Shown here in pieces: positions 29,401 to 38,240 of a stretch of DNA of 64,000 bases. This stretch comes from an uncultured Muribaculaceae bacterium (lineage in GTDB: Bacteria; Pseudomonadota; Alphaproteobacteria; Rs-D84). Numbering within the stretch: position 1 is the first letter of the stretch; each line of letters opens with the position of its first letter. The stretch is from contig CAZUED010000003.1 in NCBI GenBank assembly GCA_964619545.1, positions 163-64,162 on the forward strand, in the 5' to 3' direction. Under the pieces are notes generated by a model, which searched no databases, was not told the origin of the DNA, and saw nothing but the letters and a program-made list of their open reading frames with translations. The translations under genes and the position numbers were made by a program.

Positions 29401-30551
29401 CAATGGTTGAAAAGGGAACAAAGATTGCAGAATGGGATGCGTACGCTAATCTGATTATTGCTGAAAAAGATGGAAAAGTTCAGTTGTCAGATATGATTGA
29501 GAATATTTCATTCTCGGAAAGTATTGATCCTATGACTGGAATAACCAGTCGCAAAATCTTGAACTGGAAAAACCAGACCAAGAAAGCATTGCAGCCGAAA
29601 GTATCGCTTTTGGGTGCAAATGGCGCAGTGGTTTCTTTGGGTGGTAAGAAATTGGCAGAATATATGTTGCCGATATACTCGGTTCTGAACGTTGCCGAAG
29701 GTGCATCCGTTCGTGCTGGCGATGTCTTGGCGCGTATTCCAATTGAAAGCAAAAAAGTTCATGACATTACCGGCGGATTGCCACGAATCAATGAACTGCT
29801 GGAAGTTCGTCATCCAAAGAATCCAGCGATACTGGCCGAAATTGATGGCGAGATTGAAATCGAAGACAGCGGAAAGAATAAAGTTGTTGTCCGTATTGTT
29901 CCTACCGAGGGAACGCCAGTGGAATATATGATTCCAAAGGGCGAACCACTATTAGTTCGCAGCGGTGACATTGTGAAAAAAGCCGATATGTTGGTCAGTG
30001 GTGATCCAGTCGCACAAGACATCTTGCGCATATTGGGTCAAAAAGCATTGGCGACATTTATGGTGAATCAAATCCAACAAGTTTATCGCTTGCAGGGCGT
30101 GGTTATCAACAATAAGCACATCGAAATCTTGATACGTGAAATGACCAGACGTGTAGAGGTCTCGGAACCGGGCGACACCCAGTTCTTGATGGGACAGGTT
30201 GTTGATCGTGTTGATTTCGAAGAAGAAAACGAACGCGTAGCACGTGAAAATGGGCGCCAAGCCGAAGCCAGCCAAATTTTGGTTGGATTGACCCGTGCCA
30301 GCTTGACCAGCCGTTCATTTATATCTAACGCGGCTTTCCAACAGACAACAAAGATCTTGGTGGATGCAGCGATAAATGGTGCAACCGATAAATTGGCAGG
30401 TATAAACGAAAACCTTATTGTTGGTCGCTTGATACCAGTTGGTACGGGCTCTTATGTTCGTCGAGTTCGCGAAATTGCCAAAGAGGAAGAGCGTCAGGAA
30501 AAACTGGCCAGCGAAAACTCTGGTGGTGAACAGCAAATGTTGGGAATATAA
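26427..30551 (+). CDS. rpoC: DNA-directed RNA polymerase subunit beta'
   Basis: Zn finger [23 protein letters not shown], catalytic NADFDGD. Confidence 0.98.
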   Translation: [1374 protein letters not shown]

Positions 30552-30570
30552 AACCCCAAGGGTAAATAAA

Positions 30571-30600
30571 AAGGGCGCGAAATGCGCCTTTTTATTTTTT
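30571..30600 (+). terminator. rho-independent terminator after rpoC
   Basis: ggcgc-gaaat-gcgcc hairpin plus T-run. Confidence 0.75.
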
Positions 30601-30785
30601 TAATTATTATTTAATTAGTATGTAAAAATTATACATCCGAATCAAACCGCGCCTGTGCGCGGTTTTTGTATAGGCCTTTGTATGTAAAAAAATTGAACAA
30701 AAAATAAAAAAATTACAAAAAAAGGTCGTGCCGATTCGAAAAATAGGCAGATTTCTGGTAAAAATAAAGTTTCTTAAAAATCCTC

Positions 30786-30815
30786 TTGACGGGCGATTCG
30801 TTTTTGTTCTATGAT
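30786..30815 (+). promoter_or_regulatory. candidate sigma70 promoter for the 30882 ORF
   Basis: TTGACG, 18-nt spacer, TATGAT. Confidence 0.4.
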
Positions 30816-30881
30816 TCGTGTGTAGACAAGAGTATAGGCGATAAAAACCGCAGAAAATAGGGAAAAACAAAGGAGGGCGAT

Positions 30882-31211
30882 GTGCCGAAAAACATTAAAG
30901 AAATAATGATTGCGCTGGACAGCGTTCTCACCACAAGTGTTTGGGTAAATGGCGATCGCCAAATAGTTTCATTGGCTGACGAATTGCACATTGGGGTAGG
31001 AACAGCGCCACGTAGTATCGAGGATTTGCCTCGTGCGTCATTGGTGGGTGCATATGTATCTTTGCAAATTCGCACAGATAATTTTGACATTGCAGCAGAA
31101 AGTCTGGAAACAGAGGTTTTGGCATGCAAGGTCAAAGAAATGGTATTTGCGGAAGCAAAAAAGATAATGGACGCATCCGAGACAGAAGAAAAAATTGCCA
31201 AGGCTGCATAA
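30882..31211 (+). CDS. hypothetical protein (109 aa)
   Basis: GTG start 7 nt after aaggaggg; own promoter candidate and a strong terminator at 31264-31291. Confidence 0.55.
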   Translation: MPKNIKEIMIALDSVLTTSVWVNGDRQIVSLADELHIGVGTAPRSIEDLPRASLVGAYVSLQIRTDNFDIAAESLETEVLACKVKEMVFAEAKKIMDASETEEKIAKAA

Positions 31212-31263
31212 GTAAAAAGCGCCAAAGCGAATAAAGTTTCCGGTATCCGGAAGGAAGGGAGAG

Positions 31264-31291
31264 GCCGCGGGCAATTTGCCCGCGGTTTTTT
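31264..31291 (+). terminator. rho-independent terminator
   Basis: perfect 9-bp stem ccgcgggca/tgcccgcgg plus T-run. Confidence 0.75.
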
Positions 31292-31344
31292 GTTTAATTA
31301 CTGATTAATAAAAATAAATAGGCGGTAAGAATTTTTTAGAATTT

Positions 31345-31920
31345 TTAATGTTCAAAGCCAAGTGCGTGTGCCAGCTCTTTTGCAAATAAAGTTCGATAAT
31401 TTACATAAAATGCAAGATTGTCTGCACTATCTTCGCGCGTGTAATCTGGTGAATACCAGTGACCCACTATTTTTACAATGCCATACCATTTACCGCGAAC
31501 TTTCATAAAGCCGTATGCATGACGGCTGTTTTTACTATCTTTCTCTTGAAAATAAAATTTTGATATATCTACGTCTCGCATACATTTCATTTTATTCCAA
31601 AGCGTTCGAACAGCAGAAAAATTTTTATCGTGATTAGTAACAGCAATAGATTCAATTTCCTTTGGATTCACACCAATCATGTTTGCCATTATTTTCTGAA
31701 AGTTTTTCCAACAAGCAGCATCATAGCAAATAGTTGTTTGTTTGCGCGCTTTGCCATGATACTTATATTCCCAAGCCCAACCATTCGCAATGGCTTTTTC
31801 AACAAGTTCGGTCATTTCATGTTGAGATATATTGGTAACGGCCATGGGATTTTGTATATTATATTCGCATTGATGTTTTTTTTGATTTTTTAACACAGGA
31901 ATAGTTATAGACTCACTCAT
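31345..31920 (-). CDS. hypothetical protein (191 aa)
   Basis: intact ORF in an AT-rich orphan region; no family recognised. Confidence 0.5.
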   Translation of the reverse strand: MSESITIPVLKNQKKHQCEYNIQNPMAVTNISQHEMTELVEKAIANGWAWEYKYHGKARKQTTICYDAACWKNFQKIMANMIGVNPKEIESIAVTNHDKNFSAVRTLWNKMKCMRDVDISKFYFQEKDSKNSRHAYGFMKVRGKWYGIVKIVGHWYSPDYTREDSADNLAFYVNYRTLFAKELAHALGFEH

Positions 31921-32011
31921 AATACTCAGTCCTTATTTATTTTGGTCAAGATTATAGTCGTATATTATATTTCGTCAAGAGTTTTATAAATTGTTGCAAT
32001 ATGTAAATGTT

Positions 32012-32044
32012 AAAAAAATCGCCGCGTTTGCGGCGATTTTTTTC
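32012..32044. terminator. bidirectional hairpin terminator downstream of rpmA
   Basis: atcgccgc-gttt-gcggcgat flanked by an A-run and a T-run. Confidence 0.7.
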
Positions 32045-32053
32045 TTTTACAAT

Positions 32054-32308
32054 TTATTCAGCAACAACTGAAACTGTTTTACGATCGCGAACGCCACGTT
32101 TGAATTCTACGTGTCCGTTAACTTTCGCAAACAATGTGTGATCTTTGCCCATGCCGACATTTAATCCCGGATGAACAGTTGTTCCACGTTGTCTGACAAT
32201 AATGTTGCCAGCAATTACTTTCTGACCGCCGCCTTTTTTGACGCCCAACCGACGTCCGGCCGAGTCGCGTCCATTCGTAGATGCTGAACCTGCTTTCTTA
32301 TGTGCCAT
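32054..32308 (-). CDS. rpmA: 50S ribosomal protein L27
   Basis: [24 protein letters not shown] signature. Confidence 0.97.
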   Translation of the reverse strand: MAHKKAGSASTNGRDSAGRRLGVKKGGGQKVIAGNIIVRQRGTTVHPGLNVGMGKDHTLFAKVNGHVEFKRGVRDRKTVSVVAE

Positions 32309-32342
32309 AATTTGCTCCTTTCAGTCGCAAATAGTCTATAGA

Positions 32343-32645
32343 CTATCCCTTGATTTCTGTTATCTTCAAGACCGTGATGTTTTGGCGGTGGCCTTTGGTT
32401 CTGCGATAGTTGTGACGACGTTTTTTCTTGAAAACCAAGATTTTGTCCGCACGTTCTTGCGCAATAACCTGGGCGGATACTTTCGCGCCTGAAACCAACG
32501 GATTTCCAATTTTATCGCCGACCATCAAAACCTGGTCAAAGTCAATTTTTTCATCAGCTTTCAGCTTTTCTACCTTTATGGTATCACCGGTTTTAACACG
32601 GTATTGCTTTCCACCGGTCTGAAATATTGCATAAATTTCTGCCAT
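32343..32645 (-). CDS. rplU: 50S ribosomal protein L21
   Basis: [14 protein letters not shown]-type N-terminus; rplU-rpmA synteny. Confidence 0.96.
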   Translation of the reverse strand: MAEIYAIFQTGGKQYRVKTGDTIKVEKLKADEKIDFDQVLMVGDKIGNPLVSGAKVSAQVIAQERADKILVFKKKRRHNYRRTKGHRQNITVLKITEIKG

Positions 32646-32955
32646 ATTTTTACCCTTTTTTGCTCAGTTTGTAAAAAACTTTATGCAATAATAGCGTTTT
32701 TATAGCAAAAGTCAAGCTAAAATTCGTCGACTATAAAATTGTAAATATATTTTTTATTTATAGGTTTTAAGACAAAAATACCAATAATTTCGGTTATAAC
32801 AGATGGTCAAGGGCCATCGTATGTTTACTTATACATTTTTTGTGCAAAAAACTAACGAATCGCCAAAGGAAAAAATGCCCGAAAACGAGGCTATTCATAA
32901 AATCAAGCACCAAATACACATAATTGTAAAAAAAATTATCGCCCGGTACGCTAAA

Positions 32956-32971
32956 ATACTATATCTTGTGT
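32956..32971 (+). promoter_or_regulatory. candidate single NrdR box upstream of nrdJ
   Basis: ATACTATATCTTGTGT matches the published acaCwAtATaTwGtgt palindrome at 14 of 16 positions, ~105 nt upstream of the RNR start; no convincing second box found. Confidence 0.3.
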
Positions 32972-33076
32972 CTTAGAGGCTGGTTTGGCCACTACCTGTT
33001 GATTTTTTGTGATTCTGGGGAGGGCGCAAAAACAATAGTAAATATGTTTAAAAAGTAATATAAAGGGCCGATAATA

Positions 33077-34948
33077 ATGAACGAATCATTGAAACTTTTA
33101 TCCGATTTGGTTTATTACATGAAATACAGCCGGTATTTGCCAGATTTAAAGCGCCGTGAAACATGGAAAGAAACAGTTTTGCGTAATAAAGAAATGATGA
33201 TGGCTAAATATGCCCATATCCCCAATGTTTTTCCATATATTGATAAAGCTTTTGATCTTGTGTTGGAAAAAAAGATTTTGCCATCTGGCCGTTCTTTGCA
33301 ATTTGGTGGCGAAGGCATTCTGAAAAACAACAATAAAATTTATAATTGTTCTGCCATAGGGATTGATTCCATCAAGGCTTTTACTGATTTGATGTTTTTG
33401 TTGCTTTGTGGGTGTGGTGCTGGAATTTCTGTGCGTCATGTTTTCATAGATAAACTGCCATTATTGATACCAAAGTCTGGTAAAAAAGTAAAATTTAAAC
33501 CGGACGATTCTATCGAAGGTTGGGCGGATTGTTTGAACGAACTTTTGCATGCTTCGTTTGAAACCGGTGCGGATGTAGAGTTTGATTTTTCAGCTGTTCG
33601 GCCAAAGGGTGCATTAATTAGATCTTCGTTGTGCAGCGCACCAGGACCAGAGCCGTTGGCAGAAATGTTGAAAAACATCAAAACATTTATAGATAAAAAA
33701 ATTGCGGCCGAAGATTACAAAATGACATCGCTTGATTGCTTTGACATTTGTTGTTTGGCGGCCGATGCAGTTTTGTCTGGTGGAATTCGCCGTAGCGCAT
33801 TGATTACCCTGTTTGACAAGGATGATGAATTAATGCTGCATGCGAAAGAAGGTAAGTGGTGGGAAACTGCTCCTTGGCGTGGAAATTCTAATAACTCGGT
33901 TCAATTTGATCGTGCGACCACGACCAAGGAAGAGTTTGATAAGATTTTTGAACAATGCAAAAAATCCGAATGTGGCGAACCTGGATTCGTTTGGACCAAT
34001 AATCCAGAGTGGTGTGTGAATCCGTGCTGTGAAATTTCAATGCCCAGCCATGGTTTTTGCAATCTTTCATCTATAAATTTGGGCAGTGTTGAATCCCAGG
34101 AAGATTTTAATGATCGTGCTTATTGGTGTTCGGTCCTTGGGACTTTGCAGGCTGGATTTACAGATCTGAAATACATTGATTCTAAATGGAAAGAAACTGC
34201 CGAAGACATGTCTTTAATTGGCGTTTCCATAACTGGTATTGCATCTCATCCTGACATTACGCAACTCAGCTTTGAAGAAGCAGTATCGCATGTAAAAAAG
34301 GCAAATGAAGAAGTTGCAAAAATTTTGGGCATAAAACCGGCTGACAGATTAACCAATGTAAAGCCTGATGGAACTGGTGCACCAGTATTGGGAACCAGCA
34401 GCGGAATTCACAGCTGGCATGCAAAGCATTACTATCGTCGTATTCGCGTGAACAAGCTGGAGCCGATATATGAATACATGGTCAAAAATTTCCCAGACTT
34501 GGTAGAAGATGACAAGCGTAAATCCACAGACGGGGTTATAACTTTGGTTATTCGTGCACCCGAGGGAGCAGTTACTCGTCGTAATGAAACAGCCATAGAA
34601 TTTTTGGAACGTGTGAAGTATATTTTTGAACATTGGGTAAAGCCTGGACACATCCGCGGCGACAATTACAACAATGTTTCATGCACATGCAATGTAAAGA
34701 ATCACGAATGGGACGAGGTTCGCGAATGGATGTGGGAAAATCGTGAAAACTATACTGGAATTTCTTTATTGCCTTATTCGGATGCCAGTTATGAACAAGC
34801 CCCATTCGAAGATACTAATGAAGATGTATACAGAGAGTTTGCTGCAAAAAATTATAATTTCGAATTTGATAAGATAAAAGAAGAAAAAAATTGGGTGAAC
34901 TTTGGCGCAGCGATGGCATGTTCGGGCGGCGGATGCGAGGTTTTCTGA
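33077..34948 (+). CDS. nrdJ: class II (adenosylcobalamin-dependent) ribonucleotide reductase, monomeric RTPR-like type
   Basis: N-terminal YSRY...RRETWKETVLR, active-site NPCCEISMPSHGFCNLSSINL, C-terminal Cys pair CSGGGCEV. Confidence 0.8.
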   Translation: MNESLKLLSDLVYYMKYSRYLPDLKRRETWKETVLRNKEMMMAKYAHIPNVFPYIDKAFDLVLEKKILPSGRSLQFGGEGILKNNNKIYNCSAIGIDSIKAFTDLMFLLLCGCGAGISVRHVFIDKLPLLIPKSGKKVKFKPDDSIEGWADCLNELLHASFETGADVEFDFSAVRPKGALIRSSLCSAPGPEPLAEMLKNIKTFIDKKIAAEDYKMTSLDCFDICCLAADAVLSGGIRRSALITLFDKDDELMLHAKEGKWWETAPWRGNSNNSVQFDRATTTKEEFDKIFEQCKKSECGEPGFVWTNNPEWCVNPCCEISMPSHGFCNLSSINLGSVESQEDFNDRAYWCSVLGTLQAGFTDLKYIDSKWKETAEDMSLIGVSITGIASHPDITQLSFEEAVSHVKKANEEVAKILGIKPADRLTNVKPDGTGAPVLGTSSGIHSWHAKHYYRRIRVNKLEPIYEYMVKNFPDLVEDDKRKSTDGVITLVIRAPEGAVTRRNETAIEFLERVKYIFEHWVKPGHIRGDNYNNVSCTCNVKNHEWDEVREWMWENRENYTGISLLPYSDASYEQAPFEDTNEDVYREFAAKNYNFEFDKIKEEKNWVNFGAAMACSGGGCEVF

Positions 34949-34949
34949 T

Positions 34950-35405
34950 ATGAAGCTGAAAATCGTATTTGAATCTGAAAAAATCCGCGATGCATATCTG
35001 AATGGTCAGAAAAAATTCGCTTGGGCTAATGGGGATTCAGGAATTGATTTGCGCAGCGCAGAAGATGCATTTGATTTGCAGCCAGGGGAAAGAAAGTTGG
35101 TCAGTTCGGGGGTTCGAACTCAACTGATTGCGGAAAATGATTTGTGGGAGATTCAGCTTCGCCCAAGATCAGGAATGAATGCCAATGGTATTTATGTGGC
35201 ATTTGGAACGATAGATTATTCTTATACTGGTGTTATCGGGGCTGTGATGACGAATCAAACTTTACAGCCAGTCAGGGTCGAGTTTGGTGATCGTATCGCG
35301 CAAATCGTGGTATGTCCAATAGCAAAGCCAGAAATAGAATTTGTTGAAAACTTGAATAAAACAGACAGAAGCGGCAATGGATTTGGGTCAACAGGGATAA
35401 AATGA
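34950..35405 (+). CDS. dut: dUTP diphosphatase (trimeric dUTPase)
   Basis: motifs DSGIDL, RPRSG, GTIDYSYTG, GDRIAQIV, RSGNGFGSTG; ATG at 34950 directly after the nrdJ stop. Confidence 0.88.
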   Translation: MKLKIVFESEKIRDAYLNGQKKFAWANGDSGIDLRSAEDAFDLQPGERKLVSSGVRTQLIAENDLWEIQLRPRSGMNANGIYVAFGTIDYSYTGVIGAVMTNQTLQPVRVEFGDRIAQIVVCPIAKPEIEFVENLNKTDRSGNGFGSTGIK

Positions 35406-35432
35406 ACCATTAAAAAAATTAAAGGGTTTGTC

Positions 35433-35975
35433 ATGGCACAAATTACAACCAAGAAAGGTGATTACGGAATGACTCAGCTGAATCCAGACAGGATTGCCAG
35501 CAAGACTCATCCTGTGATTGAAATTATGGGGTCCGTGGACGAGCTTTCATGCGCCCTGGGATTGTGTGATGACAAGTATGATGGTATACAGACCTTTTTG
35601 TCGGAAATGATGGGATACCTGTATTATAAAACGATTGATGAAAGACGTGTTGCGCAACAGATTTGGCAACTGGAAGATTATATTACGACTCACAATAATT
35701 CTATACCTCCGTTTTTTGTAAATCCACGTGGCTATGTCAGCTTGGCGCGCGCAATATGCCGTCGCGCAGAAAGACGTGTTGTGGAATTTATGGAGGCCGA
35801 GCGTAATGCATCCCTGGAAGAAAGATATGGATTGAATTTGCAGCCTATCCAGCAATACCTGAACAGATTGAGTGATTATCTGTTTGTAAAAAGCTTTGAA
35901 CGTGTCGTTGCTGAACCCAGCCTGTTCCAAGATGAGCTGGCGACAAATCCACAAGTATTTGCAGCTGTTGCATAA
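35433..35975 (+). CDS. PduO-type ATP:cob(I)alamin adenosyltransferase
   Basis: N-terminal TTKKGDYGMTQL (TxxGDxGxTxL) and ARAICRRAERRVV motifs. Confidence 0.8.
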   Translation: MAQITTKKGDYGMTQLNPDRIASKTHPVIEIMGSVDELSCALGLCDDKYDGIQTFLSEMMGYLYYKTIDERRVAQQIWQLEDYITTHNNSIPPFFVNPRGYVSLARAICRRAERRVVEFMEAERNASLEERYGLNLQPIQQYLNRLSDYLFVKSFERVVAEPSLFQDELATNPQVFAAVA

Positions 35976-36002
35976 AAAATCCGCCAATTTGGCGGATTTT
36001 TT
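35974..36002. terminator. bidirectional hairpin terminator
   Basis: atccgcc-aattt-ggcggat flanked by an A-run and a T-run, between convergent genes. Confidence 0.75.
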
Positions 36003-36117
36003 ATTCTGTTGGATAATTTCGTGGGAACTGGTCACCACCTGGGTGTTTCAGGTTGGATTTTACACCACAACCACCCAGCACAATAACCAGCATTAAAAAT
36101 AAAATTACTTTCTTCAT
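36001..36117 (-). CDS. small lipoprotein, LptM/YifL-like (38 aa, below the ORF-track cutoff)
   Basis: MKKVILFLMLVIVLGGCGVKSNLKHPGGDQFPRNYPTE: lipobox LGGC followed by GxK...P, as in the small LptM-type lipoproteins. Confidence 0.55.
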   Translation of the reverse strand: MKKVILFLMLVIVLGGCGVKSNLKHPGGDQFPRNYPTE

Positions 36118-36237
36118 ATCCCGATTATACATTAGAAAAGTGAAAAATAAACAAAAAATGTCACTTGCACGGCATTCGCAATTAAGTTATTATTCGCATG
36201 CTATAACAGATTATCAAATTATAAAAAAGGAAGGAAA

Positions 36238-36744
36238 ATGAGATTTGGAAAAGTTCTTATTGGATTGGGCTTTGCGGTTATTACTCAGGGCGCAATCGCC
36301 GGACAAAATATTGAAATTTATTATTCGCCATCATGCCCCCATTGTCACCATGCAATGGAGTTTATTGATAAAACTTTGAGCGTGCAGTACAAAGATTTGC
36401 AGGTCAACAAGGTAAATGTTGTCGAACAAAAAAATCGTGATGCATTCATGAATGTTTTGAAAAAATGTGAATACAAATCTGGTGGTGTTCCAGTGATGGT
36501 CGTAAATGGTAAATGCTTCCAAGGTTATGCCGAATTCATGAATACAGAAATAATGCAGGCAATGGGCCCGGCCGATGTTGCTAGTGATAAAGCTGTCGCA
36601 ACAGAAAAATCTGAATCTGTTGCCCAGCTTCCGCCCGAACAAATACAGCCGGCAGACAAGGGAACATCAACAATGCTTTATGTTTTGCTGGGTTTGTTGG
36701 TAGCAGCGCTGGGCGTAGTATTGTTCGTTAAGAAGAAAAAATAA
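36238..36744 (+). CDS. exported glutaredoxin/thioredoxin-fold protein (CPHC) with a C-terminal membrane anchor
   Basis: signal peptide, YYSPSCPHCHHAMEFI active-site-like motif, GVPVMVVNGKCFQGY (cis-Pro region), C-terminal TM LYVLLGLLVAALGVVLFV plus KKKK. Confidence 0.7.
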   Translation: MRFGKVLIGLGFAVITQGAIAGQNIEIYYSPSCPHCHHAMEFIDKTLSVQYKDLQVNKVNVVEQKNRDAFMNVLKKCEYKSGGVPVMVVNGKCFQGYAEFMNTEIMQAMGPADVASDKAVATEKSESVAQLPPEQIQPADKGTSTMLYVLLGLLVAALGVVLFVKKKK

Positions 36745-36806
36745 ATAAATAGGGGATAGGATTAGAATGCAGAAATTTTTCTGTTTATTAACTATTACTT
36801 ACAAAA

Positions 36807-37562
36807 ATGTTTGACTTAACTACTCTTGATTATATTTACATAGGATTGTTGTTGGTATCGACAATTTGGGCGTCGATTCGCGGTGGTGTGTATGAAACTG
36901 TGGCGACGATTTCTTGGATTGTTGCGGCATTGGCGGCGCGTTTTATATCACCCTTACTGGATGGATTGCTGCAAGGCTGGTTCAATCTGAATGAATCTAC
37001 GATTGGAACATTGGTTACTTCGTATTTTATCGTCTTTTTTGTAATTTTGGTCATATTTGGGCTGTTTAATCAAAAGCTGCGTGACCGCGTGCAAGATAGT
37101 ATGCTGAATGTAACCGACCATGCATTTGGAATTATTTTCGGCATTATTCGCGGTATAGCGGTAATGGGTTTGGTTTATTGGGTTTTACTTTGGTATTATT
37201 CAGACACAAAATTGCCTTCTTATATTACGACTTCGCGGACGCGACCAGTTATGCAGCTGACTACAAAGAAAATACATGACTGGTTTATCCCGGGTGACAA
37301 TAAATTATTAGAACGTGATATACAGGGCGAGCAAGAGGCACAAAAGATATATGAAAATCTGATAAATCCAGCAGTAAGCCCAAAAACCACATCACAACAA
37401 AATGCACAAACATCCAATGAAAAACCTGTGAAAGCTGAACCAGTTGCCAATACCACGAATGCTTCTGCTGAAATAAATTTGGATAAACCTGCCGAGGTTG
37501 GATATAAGGATTCCGAGCGCCAAGCCCTGGATAACCAGTTAATCCAAATTGAATCAAAGTAA
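36807..37562 (+). CDS. cvpA: CvpA-family membrane protein with a long hydrophilic tail
   Basis: N-terminal DYIYIGLLLVSTIWASIRGGVYE and 4 TM segments typical of CvpA. Confidence 0.7.
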   Translation: MFDLTTLDYIYIGLLLVSTIWASIRGGVYETVATISWIVAALAARFISPLLDGLLQGWFNLNESTIGTLVTSYFIVFFVILVIFGLFNQKLRDRVQDSMLNVTDHAFGIIFGIIRGIAVMGLVYWVLLWYYSDTKLPSYITTSRTRPVMQLTTKKIHDWFIPGDNKLLERDIQGEQEAQKIYENLINPAVSPKTTSQQNAQTSNEKPVKAEPVANTTNASAEINLDKPAEVGYKDSERQALDNQLIQIESK

Positions 37563-37571
37563 TAATAAATA

Positions 37572-37604
37572 AAAAAAAATCGCGCTGTTTAGCGCGATTT
37601 TTTA
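37572..37604. terminator. bidirectional hairpin terminator (cvpA / frr)
   Basis: atcgcgct-gttt-agcgcgat flanked by an A-run and a T-run. Confidence 0.75.
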
Positions 37605-38162
37605 TACACTCATTATATCTTGTTCTTTTTGTTTGGCCAGTTTATCTACTTCGGCCGCGCGCGCATCAAAAACTTTTTGTAAATCTTCTTCGTATCTGTG
37701 CTGATCGTCTTCGGAAATGTCTTTATCGTCTTTGGCGCGTTTTATTTTACCCATAGCATCCTGGCGGATGTTTCGCATAGAAATTTTTGCATCCTCGGCA
37801 TATTTTCCAGCAACTTTCACCAGTTCTTTGCGGCGTTCTTCTGTCAAAGGCGGCAGATTCAGGCGAATTACTCCGCCGGCGGTCATTGGGTTCAGTCCCA
37901 GGCCAGATTCACGAATTGCCTTTTCAACAGCAGCAGCGTTTGATAAATCCCACACGGAAATGGATAAAACCTGGGATTCGGGTGCGGAAACGGTTGCCAG
38001 CTGATCAACAGGCATTTCAGTTCCATATACGGGTACGCGAATACCATCCAGTAAATGTACGGACGCACGGCCTGTGCGCAGTCCTGCGAATTCTGTTTTT
38101 AATACTTCTATAGTTTGCAGCGTTTTTACCTCTGCTTCGGATTTTAAATTATCGTAATCCAT
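37602..38162 (-). CDS. frr: ribosome recycling factor
   Basis: conserved Frr sequence (LRTGRASVHLLDGI..., PPLTEERRKELVK). Confidence 0.96.
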   Translation of the reverse strand: MDYDNLKSEAEVKTLQTIEVLKTEFAGLRTGRASVHLLDGIRVPVYGTEMPVDQLATVSAPESQVLSISVWDLSNAAAVEKAIRESGLGLNPMTAGGVIRLNLPPLTEERRKELVKVAGKYAEDAKISMRNIRQDAMGKIKRAKDDKDISEDDQHRYEEDLQKVFDARAAEVDKLAKQKEQDIMSV

Positions 38163-38240
38163 TAAAGCTCCTTTTGGACTATAATCTTAGCAAAATCGTT
38201 TGACTTTTGGCAAGTGTAAATATAGAATGCGCAGATGTTC

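Noticed and set aside
22568-30536. Numerous 60-185-aa antisense or out-of-frame ORFs inside rpoB and rpoC, and similar ones inside dnaX, bamA, nrdJ, ppdK, virB10 and others
   Set aside because: These are shadow ORFs overlapping strongly supported conserved genes. They have no start signals and a compositional bias typical of antisense frames.
32700-33076. Cobalamin riboswitch upstream of the B12-dependent RNR
   Set aside because: Only a GCCACT hexamer resembling the B12 box is present (near 32988). The other conserved riboswitch helices were not found. B12 riboswitches typically repress B12-independent enzymes, not nrdJ.
35547-36038. 163-aa minus-strand ORF
   Set aside because: It is antisense to the adenosyltransferase gene and crosses a bidirectional terminator. 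The real minus-strand gene here is the 38-aa lipoprotein at 36001-36117.
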